Source of the DNA: an uncultured delta proteobacterium
GTDB lineage: Bacteria; Myxococcota_A; Polyangia; Palsa-1104
NCBI GenBank assembly: GCA_963785725.1
Contig: CAWAWS010000016.1
Span: 128,001-192,000, forward strand
Length of the DNA: 64,000 nt
Direction of reading: 5' to 3'
The notes below the pieces were generated by a model. The model was not told the DNA's origin. It saw only the letters and a list, made by a program, of their open reading frames with translations, and did no database searches. The position numbers were made by a program, and so were the translations under genes. How positions within the stretch are numbered: the first letter of the stretch is position 1; every line of letters begins with the position of its first letter. Of this stretch, positions 19,679 to 33,395 are shown piece by piece.

Positions 19679-20617
19679 CTAGGCGGCGGTCGTCGTGCGC
19701 GTCGACTTGGCGCGGGCGCCGAGCGCGGCCTTGGTGTACTTCGACGGCATCTCGTGCCCGACGACGGCCGCGAGGCGCGACGAGCAAGCCACGAGCGCGT
19801 CCAGGTCGACGCCGGTGTCGATGCCCATGCCGTGCAGCATGTACACGACGTCCTCGGTCGCCAAGTTGCCGCTGGCGCCGGGCGCGTACGGACAGCCGCC
19901 GAGCCCGCCCACCGCCGAATCGACCGTCGTCACGCCGAGCCCGACGGCGACGAGCACGTTGGCCAGCGCCGTGCCGCGCGTGTCGTGAAAGTGGACGGCG
20001 ATTTCGTCGACGGGCGCGACCTCGAAGACGCGCCCGAGCACGTCGCGCACTTGCAGCGGCGTGGCCACGCCGATCGTGTCGCCGAGCGAGATCTGATAGA
20101 CGCCGCGCTTGCGCAGCTCGGCCACGAGCGCCACCACCTTGTCGGGATCGACGCGCCCTTCGTACGGGCAGCCGTACACCGTCGAGACATAGGCGCGCAC
20201 GCGCACGCCCGCCTCTTTGGCCGGCGCGATGACGTCCTCGAACGCCTGCAAGGTCTCGGCGATGGTCTTGTTGACGTTCTTCTTGTTGTGCGTCTCCGAA
20301 GCCGACAAGAACACCGCCACTTCGCGCATGCCGGCCGCCAGCGCCTTGTCGAGCCCGGTCTTGTTGGGCACGAGGCACGAATAGACGACGCCCTCTTTGC
20401 GCGTGACGCCGCGCGCGACCTCGGTGGCGTCGGCCAGCTGCGGGATCCACTTGGGATTGACGAAGCTCGTGATCTCGATGCTGGTCAGGCCGCTGGCGGT
20501 CAGGCCGTCGATCATGGCGATCTTGTCGGCCGTCGAGATCGGGCGCGCCTCGTTCTGCAGGCCGTCGCGCGGGCCGACCTCGAAGAGCGTCACATGGCTG
20601 GGAAAGCGGTCCAACAT
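19679..20617 (-). CDS. Hydroxymethylglutaryl-CoA lyase
   Basis: EVGPRDGLQNE, HFHDTRG, GGLGGCPYAPGASGNLATED. Confidence 0.95.
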   Translation of the reverse strand: MLDRFPSHVTLFEVGPRDGLQNEARPISTADKIAMIDGLTASGLTSIEITSFVNPKWIPQLADATEVARGVTRKEGVVYSCLVPNKTGLDKALAAGMREVAVFLSASETHNKKNVNKTIAETLQAFEDVIAPAKEAGVRVRAYVSTVYGCPYEGRVDPDKVVALVAELRKRGVYQISLGDTIGVATPLQVRDVLGRVFEVAPVDEIAVHFHDTRGTALANVLVAVGLGVTTVDSAVGGLGGCPYAPGASGNLATEDVVYMLHGMGIDTGVDLDALVACSSRLAAVVGHEMPSKYTKAALGARAKSTRTTTAA

Positions 20618-20633
20618 GGCGATCTATGACGAT

Positions 20634-21341
20634 CTAAGTCTTCTCGAACAGCTTTGCCAGCAAACCATCGTCGATGTCGTTCAAGGTGTCGACCACGGCA
20701 TCGGCGGCCTCCTGCGGCTGGCGCGCGAAGTTGCCGGCGCGAATGCCGACGACGCGCATGCCGGCGGCGCGCGCGGCGGCGATTCCGGCCGCCGAATCCT
20801 CGAGCACGAGGCAGTCGGCAGGCGCGACGTCGAGGCGCGTGGCGGCCAGTAAATAGCCGTCGGGAAAGGGTTTGCCGCGCGCCGTGTCCTCGGCGCCGAT
20901 GAACCACGGGAAGCACTCGAGGAGGCCGAGCGCGCGCAGGACGGCGTCGATCTCGGGCCGGCTCGAGCCGGAGACGACGGCCGAGGCAAAGCGCGCCGTC
21001 AGCCGCCGCACCGTCTCGACCGCGCCCGGCAGCACGTCGAGCCCCTCGTCTTCCACGATCTGGACGCGCTCGACCGCCGCCAGGTGCATCAGCTCCTCGT
21101 AGCCGAGCGTCACGCCGCCGTTGGTGACGAGGTGGTGGTAAATCTCATGCCAGCCGTGGCCGATGACGAAGCCGCGCTCCTCGTCGCTCAGCGGCCGGCC
21201 CGCGCGCGCGCACACCCGCGCCACCGCCTCGGCGTTCTGCCGCTCGGTGTCGGCCAAGGTGCCGTCGAGATCGAAGAAGACGGCGCGCAAGCCGCCTCGG
21301 CCCTCGCCACCGCCTGGCGGCACGACGAAGGCCGAGCTCAC
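20634..21341 (-). CDS. HAD-family phosphatase
   Basis: FDLDGTLADT, GKPFPDGY, LEDSAAG; GTG start overlapping the upstream stop. Confidence 0.9.
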   Translation of the reverse strand: MSSAFVVPPGGGEGRGGLRAVFFDLDGTLADTERQNAEAVARVCARAGRPLSDEERGFVIGHGWHEIYHHLVTNGGVTLGYEELMHLAAVERVQIVEDEGLDVLPGAVETVRRLTARFASAVVSGSSRPEIDAVLRALGLLECFPWFIGAEDTARGKPFPDGYLLAATRLDVAPADCLVLEDSAAGIAAARAAGMRVVGIRAGNFARQPQEAADAVVDTLNDIDDGLLAKLFEKT

Positions 21342-21772
21342 GGCGTGCAGTCGCCCGTGCGGTTCGACTGAATGTGCTGCACGATCTTCATGGGCCCGCG
21401 GCGCGGATCGTTCATGGTGAGTGTCATCGTGCCCGTGTAGCTCTCGCCGGCGAAGGTGAGCTCGCCGGTGCCGGTCTGCGTGCCGCCGTGCTTGTGGCAG
21501 GTCACGGTGTAGGTCACGTGGTTGCCGTCCAGCTTGACGCTCGCCGCTTCGCAGTCGTCCTGCTGCTTCTTGAGCAGCTTCTGCGGGTCGGAGGCTTCGT
21601 CGGCCGTGACGCAGCGATCGATCTCCATCGGCGGCGGCGTGAACGGCGCGCCCGTGATCTCGGTCTGGACGCGCGTGTGCCAGGTGCCGGCGCGCACGCG
21701 GCTCTTGCCGTCCGCGTGCAGCGAGGTCGCCGTCGCTGCGACGAGCGCGCCCATCATCAACGTCCGCTTCAT
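21338..21772 (-). CDS. DUF3617-like secreted protein
   Basis: Signal peptide; GTW motif, four Cys, RTGDC end. Confidence 0.75.
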   Translation of the reverse strand: MKRTLMMGALVAATATSLHADGKSRVRAGTWHTRVQTEITGAPFTPPPMEIDRCVTADEASDPQKLLKKQQDDCEAASVKLDGNHVTYTVTCHKHGGTQTGTGELTFAGESYTGTMTLTMNDPRRGPMKIVQHIQSNRTGDCTP

Positions 21773-21783
21773 GCTCTCCCCCG

Positions 21784-22791
21784 TTATCGATTGCTCGCCG
21801 TCGCCGACGAGAACATCGCCCGCACGATGTCGTTGATGCGGTGCTGGGCGTTGACACAAAAGATGAGCCGCTCGCGCGCCGGCGTGCGTTCACCGGCGGC
21901 CAACGTCCGCTGCATGAGCCGCAATTGGCCCACCCACTCGTTCCACTGTCCGAGCTGCGTCAAGGCCGCGTGGTTGACCTTCACGTCGACGTAGATCGCC
22001 ACCTGCAGCCAAAACAGCGACTCGAACAGCGACAACACGTTGTGCGCGTCGGTCAGGTCGACGGCGTGGGTGGCGCTCATGCTGATGGCGGCGTGCAGCG
22101 CGTCGCGCGCGGCTTCGATGTGGCCCGAGCGCGCCATGAGGCCGAGCGCTTGGCGCGCGCCGGCGAGCATGCTCGTCAGCGCCAACTGCGTCGCGCGATC
22201 GAGCCCCGAGCCGGCGCGACCGGCGCGCAGCACGAAGCGCAGATCGATCTCGTTGGGCTTGGGCGCGTTGGCGTCGGCGGCGTCGGTCAGCACGCGCGCG
22301 TCCTTGTCGACGAGAATGCGCGCGATCTCGATCTCCTCGCGGACGTTGGGCCCGAGCGGCGTCACGTCGATCGTGCAGCCCTCGAGCATGCGCCGATGAC
22401 CGCGCACCGCCAGGTTGTTCTTGTAGGAGATGAAGTCGGTGCCCTCTTCGAGATAGCGCGCCACGACGTAGACCGTCTGCGGCAGCTTCAAGCCCTCGAG
22501 CCGCACGTGCTTGATCTGCGTCTCCCACAGGACGAGCTCGCGGCCTTCGCCGTCGATGGCGCAGCCGGGCTGCACTTCGATCGACAGGTCGCCGCGGCCG
22601 CTGACCAGTAGCTCGCCCGCGTAGCCGGTGACGACGCCGGGGCCGTGGCAGTGCTGGTTGTGCCAGCGCAGCTTGTCGCGGCGATAGGCCTCGTTGTCGG
22701 CCCAGTCGGTGAAATAGGTGACCAGGCCCTTGAAGAAGTTGAGGCGCTTGAAGCCCTGCTGCGGCGCTGGCTCGGGCGCGTCGGGGGGCAT
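21784..22791 (-). CDS. Hypothetical protein; N-terminus resembles proteins of contractile-injection/phage-tail loci
   Basis: KRLNFFKG..YRRDKLRWHN..HGPGVVTG..VQPGCAIDGEGREL pattern. Confidence 0.6.
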   Translation of the reverse strand: MPPDAPEPAPQQGFKRLNFFKGLVTYFTDWADNEAYRRDKLRWHNQHCHGPGVVTGYAGELLVSGRGDLSIEVQPGCAIDGEGRELVLWETQIKHVRLEGLKLPQTVYVVARYLEEGTDFISYKNNLAVRGHRRMLEGCTIDVTPLGPNVREEIEIARILVDKDARVLTDAADANAPKPNEIDLRFVLRAGRAGSGLDRATQLALTSMLAGARQALGLMARSGHIEAARDALHAAISMSATHAVDLTDAHNVLSLFESLFWLQVAIYVDVKVNHAALTQLGQWNEWVGQLRLMQRTLAAGERTPARERLIFCVNAQHRINDIVRAMFSSATASNR

Positions 22792-22915
22792 GCACCGATG
22801 TTACATCGGCGGCGACGGCGAATCGAGCGCAAGGTTTTGCGCGGTTGCGAGGCGGCGTGAAAACAGGAATGCGCAGCGACGGCAGAAATGGTATCGATGG
22901 CGGTCGGCGGCGGGA

Positions 22916-22999
22916 GCCCGGGTGGCGAAATCGGTAAACGCAGGGGACTTAAAATCCCCAGGTCGCAAGGCCGTACGGGTTCGAGTCCCGTCCCGGGCA
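22916..22999 (+). tRNA. tRNA-Leu(UAA), CCA not encoded
   Basis: Acceptor stem GCCCGGG/CCCGGGC, anticodon loop with TAA, long variable arm, GGTTCGAGTCC T-arm. Confidence 0.95.
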
Positions 23000-23086
23000 C
23001 AGTCTTACTGCAAGCTAACTTCAGAAGAGCCAACGCTCAAGGCCGCGAGCAGCGGCCCGCCGGCGCAGCACGGCAAGTAGCCCGCC

Positions 23087-23377
23087 ATGACCGATTCCGC
23101 AAGCGATCGCAGCGTCGAAGAGCTCGTGCAGCATTGGTTTCGTCCGTGCCGGGCGAGGCGAACAAGGCACGCGCCGAGGCGGCGGTGCGCGATTGCCGTC
23201 GCGCACGACTGCGACATGCCGACGGCGACCTGGCCGCCGCAAGCGGTGCGCGGCAAGCGTTTTCGCGAGCTGCGGAGCCCGTTCGCGCCCATCCTGGACG
23301 TCTGGAAGCTCGGCTACCTGCTCGAAGCCGACGACGAATCGGCCACGCTGTTCGCGCCCATCGCCACCGTCGTGTAA
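23087..23377 (+). CDS. Hypothetical protein or gene fragment
   Basis: C-terminal half protein-like (PFAPILDVWKLGYLLE); N-terminal half is not. Confidence 0.35.
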   Translation: MTDSASDRSVEELVQHWFRPCRARRTRHAPRRRCAIAVAHDCDMPTATWPPQAVRGKRFRELRSPFAPILDVWKLGYLLEADDESATLFAPIATVV

Positions 23378-23380
23378 GCG

Positions 23381-24160
23381 TCAGCCGATGAGGCGCGCGA
23401 TGAGCGCCTCGGTCACGGTCGTGGCCTGCGCGTGCAGCCCGGCGCGTTCCATCTCCCCAACCGCTCCCAGCCGCCCGCGCGCTCGGTCGCGACCTCGTCG
23501 AGCACCTCGCTCACCACGAGGTCGAGCAGCTCGGCCCGGCGCTTGCGGTCGCTCTTGCCGATGCGCCCGATCTTGGAGCGCGCCGCCGGCAGCCGCGGCT
23601 CGTTGATACGCGCGAGCACGGCTTGGGTGAGCTCCGCCAGCGTGCCGTCGCCGCTCGGCGCCGGTCGCGGCGACCACTTCCGCGCGCCGTGGAAGCGCTC
23701 GTCCTCGGCGAACTCGGCCAGCTTGCGCTTGAGCCGCGGCGGCACCGGCTCCCCGTCGACGACGACGGCGCGCAGCGCTTGATGACGATGCCCTCGGCGC
23801 GATTGTCGGGCAGGCGCGGCAGCCCCAGCTGCGCCGGAACGCGCGTCTGAAAGCCGAGCACGTAGCTCTGCGCCTCGTTCATCTTGCCGACACGTAGCGG
23901 CTCGAGGTAGGGCACGTGCGTTTCGGCGAGCAGCGGCTGCGCGATCTCCCACTCGAGCAGCACGGCCTCGTCGCTGCGCATCACGGCCACGTCGAAGGCG
24001 CGCCATTCGATGCCGGGCGCGTACCACACGCCCGTTTGCACCGGCTCGACGCCGTCGACGGCAGCCACGTCGGGATGCGGATAGCCACCGCCGAAGATCT
24101 CGCCGTACACGATGACGTGCGTGGCGTCGCTGTACGCTTCGAGCTCGACGGCGACGACGG
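23381..24160 (-). pseudogene. Rnl2-family RNA ligase, 5'-truncated and frameshifted
   Basis: VYGEIFGGGYPH, VQTGVWY, AFDVAV, AEGIVIK, then LKRK..F.E in another frame; motif I not found. Confidence 0.75.
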
Positions 24161-24356
24161 GTCGACCGCCGCGCAGCTTCCAGCGGCCTGCGGCGTGCGG
24201 CGTGCGAACCGGCGCCGGCGCGCCGCGACCGTCGAGCACCAGCGCCTGACCACCCACGGAGTGAGCGGCGGCACCCTCCCTCTCGCTCTACAATATTTTC
24301 GCAGCTGATTTAGCTATCGAGATTACGAATTTTTGTGTTAAAATAACTCATCCGCG

Positions 24357-27682
<3,326 letters not shown>

Positions 27683-27836
27683 GCGTCGCCGCGCGGTCGT
27701 CGGCGGCGTCGTACGACGACGCGCGCTGCTGCCGCGCATCAATACGGAGCGGAGCTTCCGCGCGTATGCGAAATGAGCTTCGTTCGGTAGGCCGCAGGCT
27801 ACATCGACGCGGTCGCTTCGGCGGCCTCGAATCGGC

Positions 27837-30083
27837 TCACTGCTGCTTGCGCAGGATGGTGCCGCCGCGGCCGATCGCCCATAGATCGTTGGGCGTCGCG
27901 CCCCACACTTTGGACAGCGCATCGACGCCGGCCGCCTCCGTCGACCACAGGCTGCCGTTCCAGTGCAGCACGGCCGGGGTGCCGTAGGCCGAGCCGACGG
28001 CGTAGAAGTCATTGTCGGCGAAGCCGAACAGCCCGTACAAGAGGAGGTCGTCAGGCGTGGGCGACGCGGTCCAGGTGCCGTTGTAGTAGCTGTAGATGTA
28101 GTCGCTGCCGACGGCGAAGGTGGTCCAGCCGAAGGAGAACGTGTCCTCGACCTCGAGGTCGTTCGCCAGGCTGGCTACGTTCCATACCGTACCGCTGCCG
28201 GGATAGCTCGCGAACAGCGAGGCCGTATCGTACAGGACGGCATCACCGTCGCCGACGGCCAGGACCGCCCCGTTCTCGCCCATGCTGCGCACGCCGTTCA
28301 GGTTCAGGCGCGCGAACGGCGAAGCGAACGTGTAGCCGCCCGACCAGGCGGAGCCGTCCCAATGGAGGATGGGCGCCTCGGCGCTGGTCGCGCCGCCGGT
28401 CTGGCTGAGCGAGCCGACGGCCCAGACGTCGTTGCCGCGGCTGCCCCACACGGCGTTGAGGTCGTAGGCGGGGCTGGCGTTGACCGGCTGCCAACCGGTG
28501 GCGGCGGAGCTCCAGTGCAGGATCGTGCCGCCGAGGCCGACGGCCCAGACGTCGTTGGCGCCGCTACCCCACACGGCGGTGAGCGCGTTGGTCGTCCCGC
28601 TCGGCACCGGCGACCAGAGCATCCCGTCGTAGTGGAGGGTGGTGCCGTTGGCGCCGACGATCCAGATGTCGTTGATCGCGCTGCCCCAGATCCCGGCCAG
28701 GTCGGTGAAGAGTCCGTTGGTGGGCGAGCTGAAGCTGCTGCCGTCGTAGTGGATGAGGGTGCCGCTGTCGCCGGCGATCCAGACGTCGTTGGCTCCGCCC
28801 GACCAGCCGCCCGAGAGAAACGCGGTGGTGCCGGTCGAGTAGCTCGCCTGCCAGGCGCTGCCGTCCCAGTGGACCACCGTGCCGTCCGAGCCGCAGGCCC
28901 AGACGTCGTTGGCGCCGCTGCCCCACACGGCCTGCAGGAACTGCGCGGTCACGCCGGGATAGGCGGTGAACGCGCCGCCGCTCCAGTGCAGGATGGTGCC
29001 GCCGGGGCCGACGAGCCAAGCGTCGCCGGGCGCTACGGCGTAGACGGACGCCGGACCGGGGCCGTGCGACGCCGGCGGCTGCGTCGCCGCGGGCGTAAAG
29101 CCGGTGCCGTCCGAGTGCCACAGCTGGCTGCCGACAACCCACACGTCGTCGGGGCCGGTGCCGCTGATGCCGGTGAAAGCCTCGTCGCTGCCGCCGACGT
29201 TGCTCATCGTCCAGCTGGTGCCGTCCCAGTGGCCGATGACGTTCGTCGTGCCGGCGATGGCGTAGACGTCGTTGCCGGCCGAGCCCCAGAAGCTGACGAA
29301 CGTGTCCTGCACCGGGGATTCGTCGACGAGCAGCTGCCAGCTCTTGCCGTCGAAGTGCGCCAATACGCCCTGACCGCCGATCCAGACATCGTCCGGCGCC
29401 ACGCCCCACACCGACCACAGGTCTTCTTGGGTCACGCCCGGATAGCTGCGCCAGACGCTGCCGTTCCAGTTGAGGATGGTGCCGGCGCTGCCGACCGCCC
29501 AGATGTTGTCGGGGCCGAAGCCGAAGGTCTGCACGAGGCCGTTGCCTTGTGGCAACGGGTTGACCCAGCACCAGTGGTCGGCGCTGCAGATGCCGGGCGG
29601 CGGCGCCGGCGCGAGGTCGGCCGGCGCGACGGGAGCGAGGTCGACCGCGTCGGGCGGAGCGCTGACGTCGAGCGGAGCGCTGACGTCGGCCGGCGGCGCC
29701 GCCAGGTCGTCGACGACCGTCAGGATCGGCATCTCGACGCTGTCGCAGCTCTCGCCGGCGACGTAGGACTTGCTGCCGGCGCCGATCTCGAGGCTGTCGA
29801 CGCGCGCCACGATCTGCAGGGAGACCGTCTTGCGGTGCGGGTAGCCTTCGGCGAACGCCACTTCGATGGTGCCCCAGCTGGCGCCGGGATCGCGCGCCAG
29901 CGAGCGAGTGAGGGCGGCGGCGCCGGCGACCGAGACGATGACGTCGACGCGGTTGGCGACGGTGGTGGCACCGGCAAAGTCGAGCGCGACCAGCACGGTG
30001 CCGGGCGCGCACGGACGCTGCAGGCAGCCGGCGCCACCCATGACGAGCGTCAGCCCGAAGATGGCCAGGAGCGCGCGTCGCAT
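27837..30083 (-). CDS. Secreted/lipoprotein with tandem WGS-x-x-NDVWxVG beta-propeller-like repeats
   Basis: Many repeats of VWGSGANDVWAVG..GTILHWDG..W; TGATG coupling with the upstream gene. Confidence 0.85.
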   Translation of the reverse strand: MRRALLAIFGLTLVMGGAGCLQRPCAPGTVLVALDFAGATTVANRVDVIVSVAGAAALTRSLARDPGASWGTIEVAFAEGYPHRKTVSLQIVARVDSLEIGAGSKSYVAGESCDSVEMPILTVVDDLAAPPADVSAPLDVSAPPDAVDLAPVAPADLAPAPPPGICSADHWCWVNPLPQGNGLVQTFGFGPDNIWAVGSAGTILNWNGSVWRSYPGVTQEDLWSVWGVAPDDVWIGGQGVLAHFDGKSWQLLVDESPVQDTFVSFWGSAGNDVYAIAGTTNVIGHWDGTSWTMSNVGGSDEAFTGISGTGPDDVWVVGSQLWHSDGTGFTPAATQPPASHGPGPASVYAVAPGDAWLVGPGGTILHWSGGAFTAYPGVTAQFLQAVWGSGANDVWACGSDGTVVHWDGSAWQASYSTGTTAFLSGGWSGGANDVWIAGDSGTLIHYDGSSFSSPTNGLFTDLAGIWGSAINDIWIVGANGTTLHYDGMLWSPVPSGTTNALTAVWGSGANDVWAVGLGGTILHWSSAATGWQPVNASPAYDLNAVWGSRGNDVWAVGSLSQTGGATSAEAPILHWDGSAWSGGYTFASPFARLNLNGVRSMGENGAVLAVGDGDAVLYDTASLFASYPGSGTVWNVASLANDLEVEDTFSFGWTTFAVGSDYIYSYYNGTWTASPTPDDLLLYGLFGFADNDFYAVGSAYGTPAVLHWNGSLWSTEAAGVDALSKVWGATPNDLWAIGRGGTILRKQQ

Positions 30084-30808
30084 CAGAGGGTCACCTTGCC
30101 GATGGTCGGCGCGGGCGCGTGTGGTTGCAGTCCGAGGCCCAAGCCGAGACCGAGACCGACGCCGAGCACGACCGTGCCGCTCAGCGTCCACACCCACCAC
30201 GTCTTGTGCGGCGGCGTGCTGGCTCGCGGCGGCGAGGCTTCCGGCAGCGGCCGCCATGGCAGCGCCTGCTGCGGCGGCGTGCTCGGGCGCGGCACAGCTG
30301 GCGGTGGGATCGCGGGCGCCGGCGCGATCGTGCCCGGCTCCGACGGGACTTCGCGCGGCTCGGGCGTCGGCGACGGCAGGCTGCCGATGCTGGCGCTGGC
30401 CTGCAGCGACCTCCGTTCGACCGTCGTCTCGGCTTCGGCCGCAGCCGGCTCGGCGACGGCGGCACCGAGCCCGCTGAGCTGCTGCCGCGCGTCGTCGGCG
30501 ATCTCGCCTTCGCGTACCGCCGCCAGATAACGGCGGTAATGGGCCACCGCCTGCTGGTTGTCGTGCTTGAGCCGGTAGGCCTGCGCGATGTCGTAATGAA
30601 TCCGTTCGTTGGGATACAAGCGATAGGCTTCGTTGAACTCCGCCAGCGCTTCGTCGTAGGCACCTTTTCGGATCAGGCGCGCGCCGTTGCGAAAGTGCGT
30701 GCGCGCCTCGGCGCGTGCCCGCTCGTCGGGCTCGTCGGCGGTGGCCGCGCTCGAGCAGAGCAAGAGCGCAACCACGGCCATCGACTGGAGTCGCAGGTTC
30801 TTTGGCAT
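30083..30808 (-). CDS. Myxobacterial-type TPR protein with C-terminal TM helix
   Basis: Signal peptide; ALAEFNEAY..YDIAQAYR..HYRRYL; WWVW-TM; start uncertain. Confidence 0.8.
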   Translation of the reverse strand: MPKNLRLQSMAVVALLLCSSAATADEPDERARAEARTHFRNGARLIRKGAYDEALAEFNEAYRLYPNERIHYDIAQAYRLKHDNQQAVAHYRRYLAAVREGEIADDARQQLSGLGAAVAEPAAAEAETTVERRSLQASASIGSLPSPTPEPREVPSEPGTIAPAPAIPPPAVPRPSTPPQQALPWRPLPEASPPRASTPPHKTWWVWTLSGTVVLGVGLGLGLGLGLQPHAPAPTIGKVTL

Positions 30809-30907
30809 CGTTCGTCCTAGCGCCCGGTAGTCGTCGAATAGCACGAAGCGCGCCCTCAGATGTGGATGGCGCCGATCTCTTCGGTGGTATTCTCACGCCG
30901 GTTACAC

Positions 30908-32398
30908 ATGGGCTGCCCTACCGTCGGTGAGTGGGACCACTTCGGCGCCGGTGTCGATCCGCAGCGCGCCGAGGAGCTGGCCCGTCACCTCGATACCTGC
31001 GCGTCGTGCCGCGCGCTGGCGCCGTCGCGCGCGCTCGACGAGCAGACCCAGCCGCACGACGCCACGCCGGCGCTGACGCGCGGGCTGTCGGTGGGACGCT
31101 ACGTGGTGCTCGAGCGCATCGGCGAAGGCGGCATGGGCGTGGTCTACGCGGCGCACGATCCCGAGCTCGATCGCAAGGTGGCGCTCAAAGTGCTGCGCGT
31201 CGATCCTTCGCGCGACGAGATCGCGGTGCGCGCGCGGCTGCAGCGCGAGGCGCAGGCGCTGGCGCGACTGTCGCATCCCAACGTCATCTCCGTCCACGAC
31301 GTCGGCGCCAGCCCGCACGGCGTCTTCCTGGCGATGGAGCTCGTCGACGGGCAGACGCTGGGGCAGTGGCTGCGCGACGAGCACGACTGGCGCGCGGTGC
31401 TCGACGTGTTCCTGCGCGCGGGACAGGGCGTCGCCGCCGCTCACCACGCCGGCCTGGTGCATCGCGACTTCAAGCCCGACAACGTGCTCGTGGGCCGCGA
31501 CGGCCGCGTGCACGTGACCGACTTCGGGTTGGCGCGCATGGCCGGGCCGGCCGAGCTGTCCGACGATCAGTCGCACGACAGCCCGCTGCGCCTGTCGCTC
31601 ACGCGCACCGGCATGCTGCTCGGCACGCCGGCCTATATGGCGCCCGAGCAGATGAGCGGCGACGCCATCGACGCGCGCGCCGACATCTTCAGCTTCTGCG
31701 TCTCGCTCTACGAGGCGCTCTACCGACAGCGTCCGTTCGCCGGCGCCAACCTCGAAGAGCTGCGCCGATCGATGGCGCTCAACCAGGTGCGCATGCCGGC
31801 GGCGGGCGAGATCCCCGAGGAGATCTTGCGCGCGCTCTTGCGCGGGCTGCGGGCGGCGCCGGCGCAGCGCTACGGCGCCATCGACGAGCTGCTGGCCGTG
31901 CTGGAAGTGGCGGCGCGGCCGACGCCGCCGCCGGCGCGCCGTGCCGAGCGCGCCACGGCCGTTTGGCTGCTGGTGGCGCTCGGCGTCATCGTTGGATTGG
32001 TCGAGCTCGCGCGCGCGCCCCACCCGACGAGCACGTCGCCGCCGGCGCCGTCCGCGCCGAGCCCGGCGCCGCCCGCGCCGTCGATCACGTTGACGATCGA
32101 GAGCCAGCCGCCGGGCGCCGCGGTCTATCGGTTCTCCGACGGCGTCGAGCTGGGCACGACGCCGTTCGTGCAGCGGCTCGCGCCGCTCGCGGGCGTGCTC
32201 CGCCTCGTGCTCAAGCTCCCCGGCTACGCCGACGAGCAGCTGGAGCTGCCGACCGACCGCGACGGCGCCCGCAGTGTCGCGCTGACGAAGCTGCCGCCGC
32301 GGCGCGCGGAGATGCGACCGGCGCGACCGCGGCCGCGCGCGCCGCGGGCGCAGCCGAGCGAGCCGGCCATCAAGCTCGACGATCCGTTCGAGAACTGA
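30908..32398 (+). CDS. Ser/Thr protein kinase with N-terminal Hx3Cx2C motif and C-terminal PEGA-like domain
   Basis: HLDTCASC; GEGGMGVVY, HRDFKPDN, DFGLA, APE; ESQPPGA..LGTTP. Confidence 0.92.
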   Translation: MGCPTVGEWDHFGAGVDPQRAEELARHLDTCASCRALAPSRALDEQTQPHDATPALTRGLSVGRYVVLERIGEGGMGVVYAAHDPELDRKVALKVLRVDPSRDEIAVRARLQREAQALARLSHPNVISVHDVGASPHGVFLAMELVDGQTLGQWLRDEHDWRAVLDVFLRAGQGVAAAHHAGLVHRDFKPDNVLVGRDGRVHVTDFGLARMAGPAELSDDQSHDSPLRLSLTRTGMLLGTPAYMAPEQMSGDAIDARADIFSFCVSLYEALYRQRPFAGANLEELRRSMALNQVRMPAAGEIPEEILRALLRGLRAAPAQRYGAIDELLAVLEVAARPTPPPARRAERATAVWLLVALGVIVGLVELARAPHPTSTSPPAPSAPSPAPPAPSITLTIESQPPGAAVYRFSDGVELGTTPFVQRLAPLAGVLRLVLKLPGYADEQLELPTDRDGARSVALTKLPPRRAEMRPARPRPRAPRAQPSEPAIKLDDPFEN

Positions 32399-32528
32399 GC
32401 CGCACGCCGAGATCGGACGCCGGCTCGGCGTCTCTCGCGCGCGAACGAATTCCTGCGACGACCGCCGCTACGCCGGCACCAGCAAGCGACAGATACTGCG
32501 CGGCGGCGGCGCGTCGAAGCCCCAACCG

Positions 32529-32876
32529 GTGCTGCAGCGCCGCAGTCGCAAAGGGCTGCACGATCTCTTGGTCGCGGTCGTCGAGTCGAATGGCGCGCCG
32601 CCGCATGCGCGTGGCTTCGCGCTGGCCGTCATCTGCTCCGCGACGCCGTGGACGCGCCTTGCGTGGCTGCTCGGGCTCATGCGCTCCGCGAATCCCGAGG
32701 TCGTCGCGCTGGCGCGGCGGCGGATTCGCCCGCGCACCTCGGTCGAGCCGCTGCCGGCGGAGCGAGCCGTGATCGAAGACGCCCTGGCCCACGCGCCGCT
32801 GACCGCCGAAGAGCATGCCCGCATAGCTCGACTTCTGGGCGCGCTAGAAACGACCGCGGCGCTTTCGAGCGACTGA
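32529..32876 (+). pseudogene. Probable C-terminal fragment of a helical-repeat protein
   Basis: Amphipathic helical sequence without a convincing start. Confidence 0.3.
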
Positions 32877-33395
32877 CTTTCGCGGCGTCCATATAAGCAC
32901 TGGCGCGCGCCGATTGACGCGACTGCCGCTAACGAACGGCCGCGCGCAATAGCCTTTCCAGCTTCTTCAGGTCGATGTCGGCGAGCCGCTCCGAGTGCCC
33001 GCCGCGCCAAAGCCCGCGCCCTTCGGCCGCCGACTCTGGTCCGTTTGGACACCATGGGACGCTTGACGAACCATTGTTCGAGCCGGCTACGTCGAGCTCT
33101 GGCGTCATCATGAACGCGTGGGGATCGCTTCAAGTCGTCGGTCGAACTCCTCGACGTCGCGATGAACGCGCCGCTATCTAAGAAGCCGCCTAGCCTTTTC
33201 AAGCGAGCCCTTTAGCGTCGTCCCGACGCTAAACCTTCCGGGCTAGGGTATCGACACTCGGCCTCTGCGACAATATGTCGCATGTCTCGGATCTCAATAT
33301 TCTGAAATACTACGACCTGTCATTGCGTGTCGACACCTGGACCGTCACCACCTCGAACCCAGGTGACAGTATCAGGTCAGTCGGAGGGAGACTTG

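Noticed and set aside
22916..22999. bldA-like translational control by tRNA-Leu(UAA)
   Set aside because: TTA codons occur in unrelated genes in the window (e.g. recQ, OsmC, gene 1); nothing indicates regulation
27837..29600. Periodic DNA repeats as a CRISPR array
   Set aside because: They are degenerate coding repeats of the WGS..DVW protein; no cas genes or identical repeats
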